64,000 bases of DNA from Halobacteriovorax sp. GTDB lineage: Bacteria; Bdellovibrionota; Bacteriovoracia; Bacteriovoracales; Bacteriovoracaceae. Positions 1 to 8,067 of this stretch are shown here, one piece after another; position 1 is the stretch's first letter, and each line of letters opens with the position of its first letter. The stretch covers positions 17 through 64,016 of the forward strand of contig PBIO01000025.1 of NCBI GenBank assembly GCA_002720865.1. Direction: 5' to 3'. The notes beneath the pieces were generated by a model. That model had not been told where the DNA came from. It made no database searches and worked only from the letters and a program-made list of their open reading frames with translations. A program made the position numbers and the translations under genes.

Positions 1-433
1 GCATGGTCACATTACCAGAAACAAACAATTCCCCTTCATGAGATAAATCAACTTCTATTACTTGTCGTTCTGCATATAGTGTACCAGATATTACAACATC
101 ACCACCGAAGAGCACGACCGCAGGATTCACACCCACGGGAAGATCCCATCGTTGATTGGCCTCTGGGCTAGCCTGTGTACCAGAAACAAAGAGATATACA
201 TCACTACCAACAACAAGCCCATCTGAGCTTCCCCAGCTGTCCCCAACCGTGTCATCATGTAGCATTGTTGGTGTAGCTCCAGGCATTGGCCCGCCTGTTA
301 GTCCACCTTCGTAATCGATTGCAGTTGACGAACTATAAATCATCAACCCAGGGAAATTATCACCATATGAACCTGAGGCTATTAGGTGGGTTACCCTTAT
401 TTGTTTTGCAAAGAAATCTTTAGGATTAGCCAT
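1..433 (-). CDS. hypothetical protein, N-terminal part (gene continues past left edge)
   Basis: ATG at 433 preceded by GAGGAG; the first ~45 codons translated by hand are open (MANPKDFFAKQIRV...) and a rough read of the rest found no stop. Confidence 0.5.
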   Translation of the reverse strand, partial: MANPKDFFAKQIRVTHLIASGSYGDNFPGLMIYSSSTAIDYEGGLTGGPMPGATPTMLHDDTVGDSWGSSDGLVVGSDVYLFVSGTQASPEANQRWDLPVGVNPAVVLFGGDVVISGTLYAERQVIEVDLSHEGELFVSGNVTM

Positions 434-445
434 TAATCATACTCC

Positions 446-763
446 TCATGTGGTACAGTCTCCAGATTCGAATGTAGGAGTGCACATTCCATAACAGTTT
501 CCTGGCTCTTTAAGTCCCAATGCATGAATCTCTACTTTAAGTCCTGGTATTGGTCCACTGATAGTTATGCCCACCATATCCTTAGTTAATTTAACTATTG
601 CGCAATCTGCCAATGCTGGTGCATTACTTGATGCTGTCACATAAGGAATATCAGGAAACCCACCAGTGAAGTTATATTCTATGTATGTCTTATTTGAAGC
701 ATTAACATGTTTAACTTCTACTATCCACTGTGGGATATTCTGTCCTAAACTTGAACCTGGCAT
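446..763 (-). CDS. hypothetical protein
   Basis: 105-aa ORF with AAGGAG upstream of ATG; no recognisable motif. Confidence 0.6.
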   Translation of the reverse strand: MPGSSLGQNIPQWIVEVKHVNASNKTYIEYNFTGGFPDIPYVTASSNAPALADCAIVKLTKDMVGITISGPIPGLKVEIHALGLKEPGNCYGMCTPTFESGDCTT

Positions 764-777
764 TCTCTAATTACTCC

Positions 778-1149
778 TTAAGGACATTCAATCCATATAG
801 CATGTAACATAACTGAACCTTCAAAGGGGTTTGAAACATGTATGGTGACAGTTTGATAGTCAACATGTGTGACTGTTGCATTTACATTTACGCCCATGTT
901 GGGATCATTTGGATCACCACCGAACGATTTTGCAATGCATGTAACAATTGGTGGGTGTTCAGGGGGCCCAGGAAATGTGCATGTAAAAATGTGAGTACCT
1001 TCAACCATATCAGGAGTGAAAGGTATCTCAGCAACTTCCATCTGGAAGTTTAGATCACTGATCCATGCCCACCGCGGAGTGCGTTTAACAAACGGATAAA
1101 CTTTTTTCCAGCGGTTTAAATCACGCTTTTTGAATGTAGTTGAACTCAC
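778..1149 (-). CDS. hypothetical protein
   Basis: 123-aa ORF, GTG start with AGGAG 6 nt upstream. Confidence 0.6.
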   Translation of the reverse strand: MSSTTFKKRDLNRWKKVYPFVKRTPRWAWISDLNFQMEVAEIPFTPDMVEGTHIFTCTFPGPPEHPPIVTCIAKSFGGDPNDPNMGVNVNATVTHVDYQTVTIHVSNPFEGSVMLHAIWIECP

Positions 1150-1205
1150 TTAAAACTCCTACTCTAATGTAAATATTGAGTGAGTCGAATAAAGTCAAGT
1201 TTCAA

Positions 1206-2513
1206 TCACAGAATGTTTGCAGCTAATGTAGCAATATCTGATCTTTGTCCGCGCGTGAGTTGAATATGCCCGGCAAAGGGAGTAGATTTAAATTTCTCAG
1301 CAACAATCGTTAGGCCGTTTGAGCTAGTATCAATATAGGGTGTATCAACTTGATCAATGTCACCTAATAGGACAATCTTTGAACCTTTACCAACTCTAGT
1401 AATGATTGTTTTTAATTCATGGATAGTTGTATTTTGTGCCTCATCAACGATAACAAACGCATCATTAAATGTTCTACCTCTAATGTAAGATAAAGGTGCA
1501 ATATCAATTTTCCCTTTCTCTCTCATAATTTCAAAATATGTCATATCCCCAAATGCATGCCTAAAGTTGTCCATAATAGGAGCTAACCATGGTGACATTT
1601 TATCTTGCATATCCCCAGGTAAATACCCAAGGTCACGACCAACCGGTTGTATCGATCGTGTAAAAATAATTTGCTTATAGTTTTCCTTTGATAAATGAGC
1701 CATTGCAGCCATAAGAGTCAAAAATGTTTTTCCAGATCCTGCTAACCCAGTGATGCTAACCAATTGAATAGCTGGATCTTGTAGCATATGAAGAGCAAAT
1801 CTTTGCTCTTTATTTCTAGGCTCAATTCCAGCTGTTTTAGCAAACTCGCCATTAGTCAATTGTTTAACTATATCACCATTAACAATCCCCAATATAGATC
1901 CATTTGCAGGACCTTTACCAACAACAAACTGGTTTTCATGTAGTTCTTCATCTACAATAATTCGTTCTTTTGAAATTTTAGACTTCTTATAAAATAAGTC
2001 AATGTCTTTTTCCGCTAAATGAATTTCAGCTTGGCCTGTGTAAATATTTGATTTGTCAACATCAATATGATCTCTATAATAGTCCTCTGCAATAAGGCCT
2101 AAGGCATCGCACTTAACCCGGAGGTTAATATCCTTAGTAATTACTTTGACGACCTCCTCGGCATGTCCCCTGGCCAGGAATAATGCTGTTGCAAGGATCT
2201 TGTTGTCTGCATATCTTGCGCTTAGGCCGGGTGGGATTGGTGCCTCTCCGTCTAGCTCAATTTCAACTCGAATAGTCTGATCAGAGTCTGGTATTTCAAC
2301 TGCAGTATCTAATCCACCATTTGCGCGCAATTTATCTAGATATCGATTAACATATCTAGCTGATTCTCCTAACAATCCAGGTTTATCTTTAAAGCGGTCT
2401 AGCTCATCAAGAACAGTTAGAGGAATAACAATATCATTTCCTGGAAAGGAATGAATGGCTGTCATATCATATAACAAAACCGACGTGTCTAAAACTAATA
2501 TTTTTCTTGACAT
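1206..2513 (-). CDS. phoH: PIN-domain PhoH-like ATPase (YlaK-type architecture)
   Basis: N-terminal PIN-like KILVLDTSVLLYD, Walker A GLAGSGKTFL, PhoH-type C-terminal ATPase region, 435 aa. Confidence 0.9.
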   Translation of the reverse strand: MSRKILVLDTSVLLYDMTAIHSFPGNDIVIPLTVLDELDRFKDKPGLLGESARYVNRYLDKLRANGGLDTAVEIPDSDQTIRVEIELDGEAPIPPGLSARYADNKILATALFLARGHAEEVVKVITKDINLRVKCDALGLIAEDYYRDHIDVDKSNIYTGQAEIHLAEKDIDLFYKKSKISKERIIVDEELHENQFVVGKGPANGSILGIVNGDIVKQLTNGEFAKTAGIEPRNKEQRFALHMLQDPAIQLVSITGLAGSGKTFLTLMAAMAHLSKENYKQIIFTRSIQPVGRDLGYLPGDMQDKMSPWLAPIMDNFRHAFGDMTYFEIMREKGKIDIAPLSYIRGRTFNDAFVIVDEAQNTTIHELKTIITRVGKGSKIVLLGDIDQVDTPYIDTSSNGLTIVAEKFKSTPFAGHIQLTRGQRSDIATLAANIL

Positions 2514-2641
2514 TTATTCCAATTCGAAATCAAATAATTTACTCAACGTGTCCAATTCAATTCATAATGTTATTATTGTCATAAGTTAAATATTGTTGTT
2601 GATCGGGTTTCTAGGAGAATTCGGTATGGAGTAGGGAAAAA

Positions 2642-2920
2642 ATGAATGGCGATAATGATAAAGATGGCATAATACCAAATAGTACATGCCATGGTGAACA
2701 TGAAAGATATGAAATAAAATGTGAAAAAAAGTCGTGCAAATATTGGCACGACTTACCCGACAGTCAGAATTGTATCATGATAGCTGCACGTAATGGGGAA
2801 CATACGCTACAACAAATAGGAGACATCTTTGGTGTCACAAGAATGAGAATATGCCAAATTGAAAAAATAATCTTTAAAAAGCTTTTAAAAAGATCTGATA
2901 TTCATTCAACCGTTGACTAG
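2642..2920 (+). CDS. small protein with sigma-70 region-4-like HTH
   Basis: C-terminal EHTLQQIGDIFGVTRMRICQIEKIIFKKLLKR fits the sigma region 4 pattern; Cys/His-rich N-terminus; only + strand gene in the first 18 kb. Confidence 0.55.
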   Translation: MNGDNDKDGIIPNSTCHGEHERYEIKCEKKSCKYWHDLPDSQNCIMIAARNGEHTLQQIGDIFGVTRMRICQIEKIIFKKLLKRSDIHSTVD

Positions 2921-4128
2921 TTTTTCATCCCACCAAACATTGTTATTGCAATTAATCCAGGAATTGAATCCTTAATATAGATTCCGGAAAACAATGTGTT
3001 TGCTCTTCCACCAACATATGCCGTAGCAGCCTCGAGCCGCTTACTAATATCCGGATCCGAAGCCATTAAAGAGGTTGCTAGCAACAATAGCACACCGGTC
3101 TCAGGTCCTTGTGTGGGGGCCGGACATGGTGACCCCTTAATGGAACCTTGGAGGAGAGTAGAGCCTATGTCACGCCCTCCTGTGTCCTTAACCACAGTAC
3201 TACCTAAAAAGATTCTTCCTGGAGTCTTAAGACATTTTTCTAAATCATTCGAATCAAATGCAGAAATAGATGAACTTTCATTAGCTAGTTTAAGGACCTG
3301 ATGTAATAGTTTTGCAAAAGAGTTATTTGCAGCAGGGTACATATTCAACAGGCCTACTTTACCCCTAAGTAATTGTAGTTGTCTTTCATTATCAATTATA
3401 ATATGAGGATTACCGGTAACATCATTAAGTGCAGTTGTGTAATTATTTTCAATTGTTGGGTTTAAAAGCTCTTGTGCAGTAGGCTTAGTAACAACATATA
3501 TAACACCACCCCCGGCCTCTATGGACTTAAGATACCTAGCTAGTGCATGAGTAAGGATAGAACTAGCAGATCCAGTACCACCTCCGCCACCAGCCAGAAC
3601 AAATACCCAATCGACATCATTACCGAGCCGGCTTCTACATGCATCTTCAACTAATGCACTATTTTCTTGAAGCAGCTTCTTTCCTAGTTCAATATCTTTT
3701 CCAACACCGTCTGATCCGGGGATTAAAACTACGTGATTTGAATCTACCCCATCCGGAAGATCTTTTTCCGTGGTATTAACAATTAATGTTTTATTAAACC
3801 CTAGATCTAAAAAAGCTTTTGCCAATTTTCCGCCGGCACCGCCGACACCGATAAAGGCACACTTTAATGCACTAGTAGCTGTATTCTCGGGTAATAGTCT
3901 ATCATCCTGGACAACTTCATCATCCATTCCTCCAACAAATCCCCAATCATCAACATCATTGATGTATGTATCGTCTGTCGTTTGGTCGGTATCTTTAGTA
4001 CTCATATTTTTTTCCTCTAAGGTTTCATCTTTTTGTTCATCGGCCTTTTTATAGGTAGGTTGTTTAAGATTGTTATTATTAACCTTTTTCCTAACTTTTG
4101 TAAACGCGGCCTTAATGCTACTAGCCAT
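2917..4128 (-). CDS. FtsZ/tubulin-superfamily GTPase (phage tubulin-like)
   Basis: GVGGAGGK G-box, GGGGGTGSA tubulin signature, IIIDNERQLQLL resembling the FtsZ T7 region; acidic ~90-aa N-terminal extension; GGAG RBS. Confidence 0.85.
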   Translation of the reverse strand: MASSIKAAFTKVRKKVNNNNLKQPTYKKADEQKDETLEEKNMSTKDTDQTTDDTYINDVDDWGFVGGMDDEVVQDDRLLPENTATSALKCAFIGVGGAGGKLAKAFLDLGFNKTLIVNTTEKDLPDGVDSNHVVLIPGSDGVGKDIELGKKLLQENSALVEDACRSRLGNDVDWVFVLAGGGGGTGSASSILTHALARYLKSIEAGGGVIYVVTKPTAQELLNPTIENNYTTALNDVTGNPHIIIDNERQLQLLRGKVGLLNMYPAANNSFAKLLHQVLKLANESSSISAFDSNDLEKCLKTPGRIFLGSTVVKDTGGRDIGSTLLQGSIKGSPCPAPTQGPETGVLLLLATSLMASDPDISKRLEAATAYVGGRANTLFSGIYIKDSIPGLIAITMFGGMKN

Positions 4129-4142
4129 GGTTTAACTCCGAA

Positions 4143-4505
4143 TGGTGGAGACGGCGGGAGTCGAACCCGCGTCCGAAACAAATCTAATATCAAGTCATTC
4201 ACAAGTTTAGTTAATTTCTCTAAATCAACAAAGTATCCACAAATTTTCCCACTTCCTATGTAGCCTCGGAAGTCCACCCATTACAAATGGGGTATCCATT
4301 GTGGTCTTGTTTATTTCGGTGGGACCAACCACTTATCCTAAATTGGTTAGATGGCTTTAGGAAGCCACCCGATTATGCCGCTAGGGCGTATTCGAAATTA
4401 TCGTTGTTATTTGCAACTATATTTTGTAACGCTATCAAACCATGTGTTACCGCTGGTTACTTGCACTCTCAACCTTCATTACTCCGTCGAGACCATTTCG
4501 TCCCC
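4143..4505 (-). ncRNA. ssrA: tmRNA (one-piece, 363 nt)
   Basis: 5' GGGGACGAAATGGTCTCGACGG and 3' GGACGCGGGTTCGACTCCCGCCGTCTCCACCA; 7-bp acceptor stem with G3-U70; internal tag ORF ending ALAA-TAA. Confidence 0.92.
4373..4414 (-). other. tmRNA tag reading frame ANNNDNFEYALAA-stop
   Basis: GCA AAT AAC AAC GAT AAT TTC GAA TAC GCC CTA GCG GCA TAA on the minus strand. Confidence 0.85.
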
Positions 4506-4510
4506 GTAGA

Positions 4511-4711
4511 CTACTTAGCTCCCTTTCGAGTTTTTTCCTCCTCGATTGTTAGTTTAACTAATTCTGCAGCTGAAGTCTTAAGAAGCCGCAATCCTCGGCG
4601 TGCACGTACACCCGCCGAATTGTTTCCATTGGCATTCTTAAGTACGTCAAGATCTAAACTCTCAACCAATACTTTAACTTCACTCCATTTATCAACAATT
4701 TTACTAGACAT
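4511..4711 (-). CDS. Hc1-like histone-like basic protein (tentative)
   Basis: 66 aa; LKNANGNNSAGVRARRGLRLLKTSAAELVK resembles the chlamydial Hc1 pattern KGNKAAAQRVR; GAGGAAAAAA RBS. Confidence 0.5.
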   Translation of the reverse strand: MSSKIVDKWSEVKVLVESLDLDVLKNANGNNSAGVRARRGLRLLKTSAAELVKLTIEEEKTRKGAK

Positions 4712-4721
4712 AATTTTTTCC

Positions 4722-4985
4722 TCACTCTGTTGTCAATATGTTGCTTTTCGAAGACTTTACGTCATCACTTATATTATCTATTGAATCTAAAAACTGTTTA
4801 ACACACTCAGATATTTTAATCATCGATTCCCTATCTTCTAGCTCAAGAGATAATAAATATGCTATTCGCAAAATTTGTTGCTGCGACACACCATACAACA
4901 ATATTGTTTGTGTAATCTCCCTAGCAACAGCATTATCTTCTATTTGTTTTTCTGTAGATGACTTTCCGTATGTTTGTGCACTCAT
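4722..4985 (-). CDS. hypothetical protein
   Basis: 87-aa ORF packed between neighbours. Confidence 0.55.
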   Translation of the reverse strand: MSAQTYGKSSTEKQIEDNAVAREITQTILLYGVSQQQILRIAYLLSLELEDRESMIKISECVKQFLDSIDNISDDVKSSKSNILTTE

Positions 4986-5470
4986 TACAATGTCTCTCCT
5001 ATAAATGTACTATATGAAAACGATTCAATTTTAGCCGTATCGGGCCCCTCTAGAACTAACATTTTTCCATGAATTTCGTCTTCCATCTGATCCCGAGTTA
5101 ATACAATCGATTGTCCCCATTTTTTATTTTCTAGAAAAAATCGTGTATATTCCCACGTCGCTAAATCGACTTTATAGCTCTCTAAAATATCTCTTATGTC
5201 TCGTGGTATAGCAATTTTTATATCATCTACAGTCGTTATCGATCTAAGTTCATCTCTACCAGAAATAATTTCTGATCTACATATATCAATAATCTTGTGT
5301 ATTACTCCACAATTATTACACTGTGCATATTTTGGTTCTACGGTACCGCTATCATCAATAACTGAGAATACTACGAACTTATGCCAAGGCCGTTCAGGCT
5401 TATTTTTATATTGTGGTAATACACAATGACACTCAACGGTGTGCTTAAGTCCATCCATCTCATAACTCAT
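4985..5470 (-). CDS. hypothetical protein with CxC...CxxC zinc-ribbon-like motif
   Basis: ECHC...CNNC cysteine pairs; 161 aa. Confidence 0.6.
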   Translation of the reverse strand: MSYEMDGLKHTVECHCVLPQYKNKPERPWHKFVVFSVIDDSGTVEPKYAQCNNCGVIHKIIDICRSEIISGRDELRSITTVDDIKIAIPRDIRDILESYKVDLATWEYTRFFLENKKWGQSIVLTRDQMEDEIHGKMLVLEGPDTAKIESFSYSTFIGETL

Positions 5471-5688
5471 TCAGTATTATTTTGAATTTCATTGGATACA
5501 CGTGTGTAGGTTCGATCTGCCATGGTAGTTAGGGATCTATTGACAATTTGTGATAACAACTTAAATTGTTCATCGCTTAAAGAAAGTGCCCCTACTGTTC
5601 TTGCCTCAAGTAAATCAGCGGCTACAGAATTTTTAACTAGCTCTACCATGTCATATATGCATCGATTAACATCTGTTTCTAGACTCAT
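5467..5688 (-). CDS. hypothetical protein
   Basis: 73-aa ORF, ATGA overlap with downstream gene. Confidence 0.55.
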   Translation of the reverse strand: MSLETDVNRCIYDMVELVKNSVAADLLEARTVGALSLSDEQFKLLSQIVNRSLTTMADRTYTRVSNEIQNNTE

Positions 5689-5759
5689 AATTTTCTCCTT
5701 TAATGATCATGATCATAACCAACAATATTAGTTATTCATTAAAAAGTAAACTTTTTGAT

Positions 5760-6230
5760 TTATTTTGCATGCTTATCTGCGACAAAGGCAGCCCAGGAAT
5801 CAGGCTTAACTATACACTTATACCCCATTGATAAAACAAAGTTCTTTAAAGCCTTAAGGTGCTTCGAACTTTTATGACGGGGATCCGGATTAAGATCAGC
5901 ATGTACTGTAATATCTCTGCTTATAAGATTTGCTTTAAGCATTTCTGCTATTGATATTGACAAATCAGTTTCTCTTTGAAGCCTATATCCCAATGCATTA
6001 TACTTCTTTAAAGATTCCTTGTGCCGACTTACATAATACGTCCCACCATTTCCTGGAACATATAAACATATGACAGTCGCAAATACATACACATCTTTAA
6101 CTTGTTGAGAATCTGTGCCTACATGAATTTCGAAATCTAAATTACCCAGAATATGTTTAACAATTTCTTTATATTCTACATTGATTCCTGATCCGTTAAT
6201 CCATATATTCTTTTGCCATTCATCAACCAC
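5760..6230 (-). CDS. YkuK/DUF458-like RNase H-fold protein (tentative)
   Basis: IHVGTDSQ motif and ~155-aa size recall the YkuK family. Confidence 0.5.
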   Translation of the reverse strand: MVDEWQKNIWINGSGINVEYKEIVKHILGNLDFEIHVGTDSQQVKDVYVFATVICLYVPGNGGTYYVSRHKESLKKYNALGYRLQRETDLSISIAEMLKANLISRDITVHADLNPDPRHKSSKHLKALKNFVLSMGYKCIVKPDSWAAFVADKHAK

Positions 6231-6250
6231 TAGAAGTATTACCTTTTCTA

Positions 6251-7654
6251 TTACGTTTCTTGATCAAGAACTAAAAATGCGCCGGTATTATTAATACTAC
6301 TTGCAGCATAGAAACCACCCATAATTCCATGAACCAAACTTAAAGCAGGCATATCAATAAATCCTAAACCTTGTAATTCGTTCATTATATCATTAAGTAT
6401 TTTTGTAACAAAGATGGATCCAGTCATTTTTTTTAAATCAGGTATATGAATAATGCCAGACCTATTAACCGTTGATAATATTCCTATTCCCGTTCCTGCT
6501 CTTTCTAACGTTAGGGGCAATATATCATTATAATCATGACCAAAAGAAACGCGAGTGCAGATAGATGTTAGGACCTTTATTCTATCATCAATTAATCTAG
6601 ACTTTTCTAAGACATGAGATTCTTTTTTTTGTTCACTTAATTGTGCAATATGCTTTTGAACATTACGGTACGTATTTTCATTTTGTATTACAACAGTACT
6701 TTCGTCAATATCAACTCGGGGAACAGTAACTATTTCATCAATATTAATTGATGAAATTAATTCTCCCTTAAGGGAAGATACGACATCTGTGCCACATATT
6801 ACTGCTATATCTTTTAATAAATTTGACCCAAATAAATCATAAGGAATGACAACAGGAATAATGTCCAATGACTGCCTTTTAAAGTTTAAGCCTAAGGTAG
6901 CTGTAACTTCTTCAGAACAACCTCTACAGAAAATAACTCCAGGCTCTTTTGTTTCTGATAATGTGCTTAAAATATGATGTACCTCAGAGACAGATTCTAG
7001 GATGCCATCAATAACAAAGCATTTAACATTTGATCTTTTCCATCTACTTACTTTTGTTGGTACCCAAAATTCCCGTAATGGTGTAACTGGAACCCTGTAG
7101 CCCCTGTATGTCTCTATTACGGTATCATCTTTTGACAATGGATCTAGATATATTTGTCCATTATGACCACTTAATCTTGCAGCTGTAAAAATAATTTTTG
7201 AAATAATAGGATTTGAAATATAGTTTTCTAAAATCTTTCTACTATTGTTTATTGTTGTTATTCTTGAAAACCTAGATAGCTCACTGATAATATCTTCAAA
7301 CTCATTTAAATCTAACCTATGATTAAATGCTTTAAGCTTAAGGACCTCTTCAAGAACGTATAAGAATGTAATGCAGTTGACAATAGAGCTTCCTGGTGCG
7401 GCCTTCTCGTAGTCTATAAGAGACTCTAAGAGTATATTTCGTACAGTTAGCCTTATTGAATCGCTACAATGGCGATTAATTATAATTTTCTTAATATCAA
7501 TAGCAGAAAACGCTACATAGCGATCATTAGATACATACCCTAATTTCGATGCTGCTAATAATTTTAAGTCTTTTTTAAGCTCGCCTATATAGTCAACTAT
7601 GGTTGATGTTGAGTCATTATATGCTATAAGCTCCGAATAATTTTCTAAGGTCAT
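6251..7654 (-). CDS. divergent chaperonin (Cpn60/GroEL-like) protein
   Basis: [27 protein letters not shown] aligns by eye to GroEL [34 protein letters not shown] sits where GDGTTTA would be. Confidence 0.45.
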   Translation of the reverse strand: [467 protein letters not shown]

Positions 7655-7665
7655 GATTCAACATA

Positions 7666-7998
7666 TTAATGAGGTGTTTTCTTGTTACCCGTAAGTGCCC
7701 CAAAATCAAATAACTTTGAGTATGATTCAACTAGCTGTTCATTTAGCAAAGATGCATCTGATGACTTACTGCCTTGAATACCTGAGGAAATCGATTTAAT
7801 TGCATCTGCCATAGCTTCTGCAGTGGCTTTCTGTTGCTGCATTTCGATTGCATATCTACAAAATACACCAAAAATTGATAATCCTAAAAATATGCTGCCT
7901 AACCATAAACTAGGGTTTGTAACAAATAAAACAACAGAACCAACTAAACTAAGTTCGCTCCATTGAATTGATACTTGATTTTTCATATAAAACTCCAT
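7666..7998 (-). CDS. membrane protein
   Basis: two hydrophobic helices (LVGSVVLFV..., IFLGLSIFGVF). Confidence 0.55.
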   Translation of the reverse strand: MEFYMKNQVSIQWSELSLVGSVVLFVTNPSLWLGSIFLGLSIFGVFCRYAIEMQQQKATAEAMADAIKSISSGIQGSKSSDASLLNEQLVESYSKLFDFGALTGNKKTPH

Positions 7999-8067
7999 CC
8001 CATAAGTAAAGTACTTAATACAATATTACATACATGGACTTAAAAGTATAGTTCGGTTTACTTAGTT

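Noticed and set aside
4017-4784. ORF-track entries 4017..4277 (-), 4033..4263 (+) and 4287..4784 (+)
   Set aside because: They lie on top of the tmRNA gene (4143..4505) and the Hc1-like gene. They have no RBS and an implausible composition.
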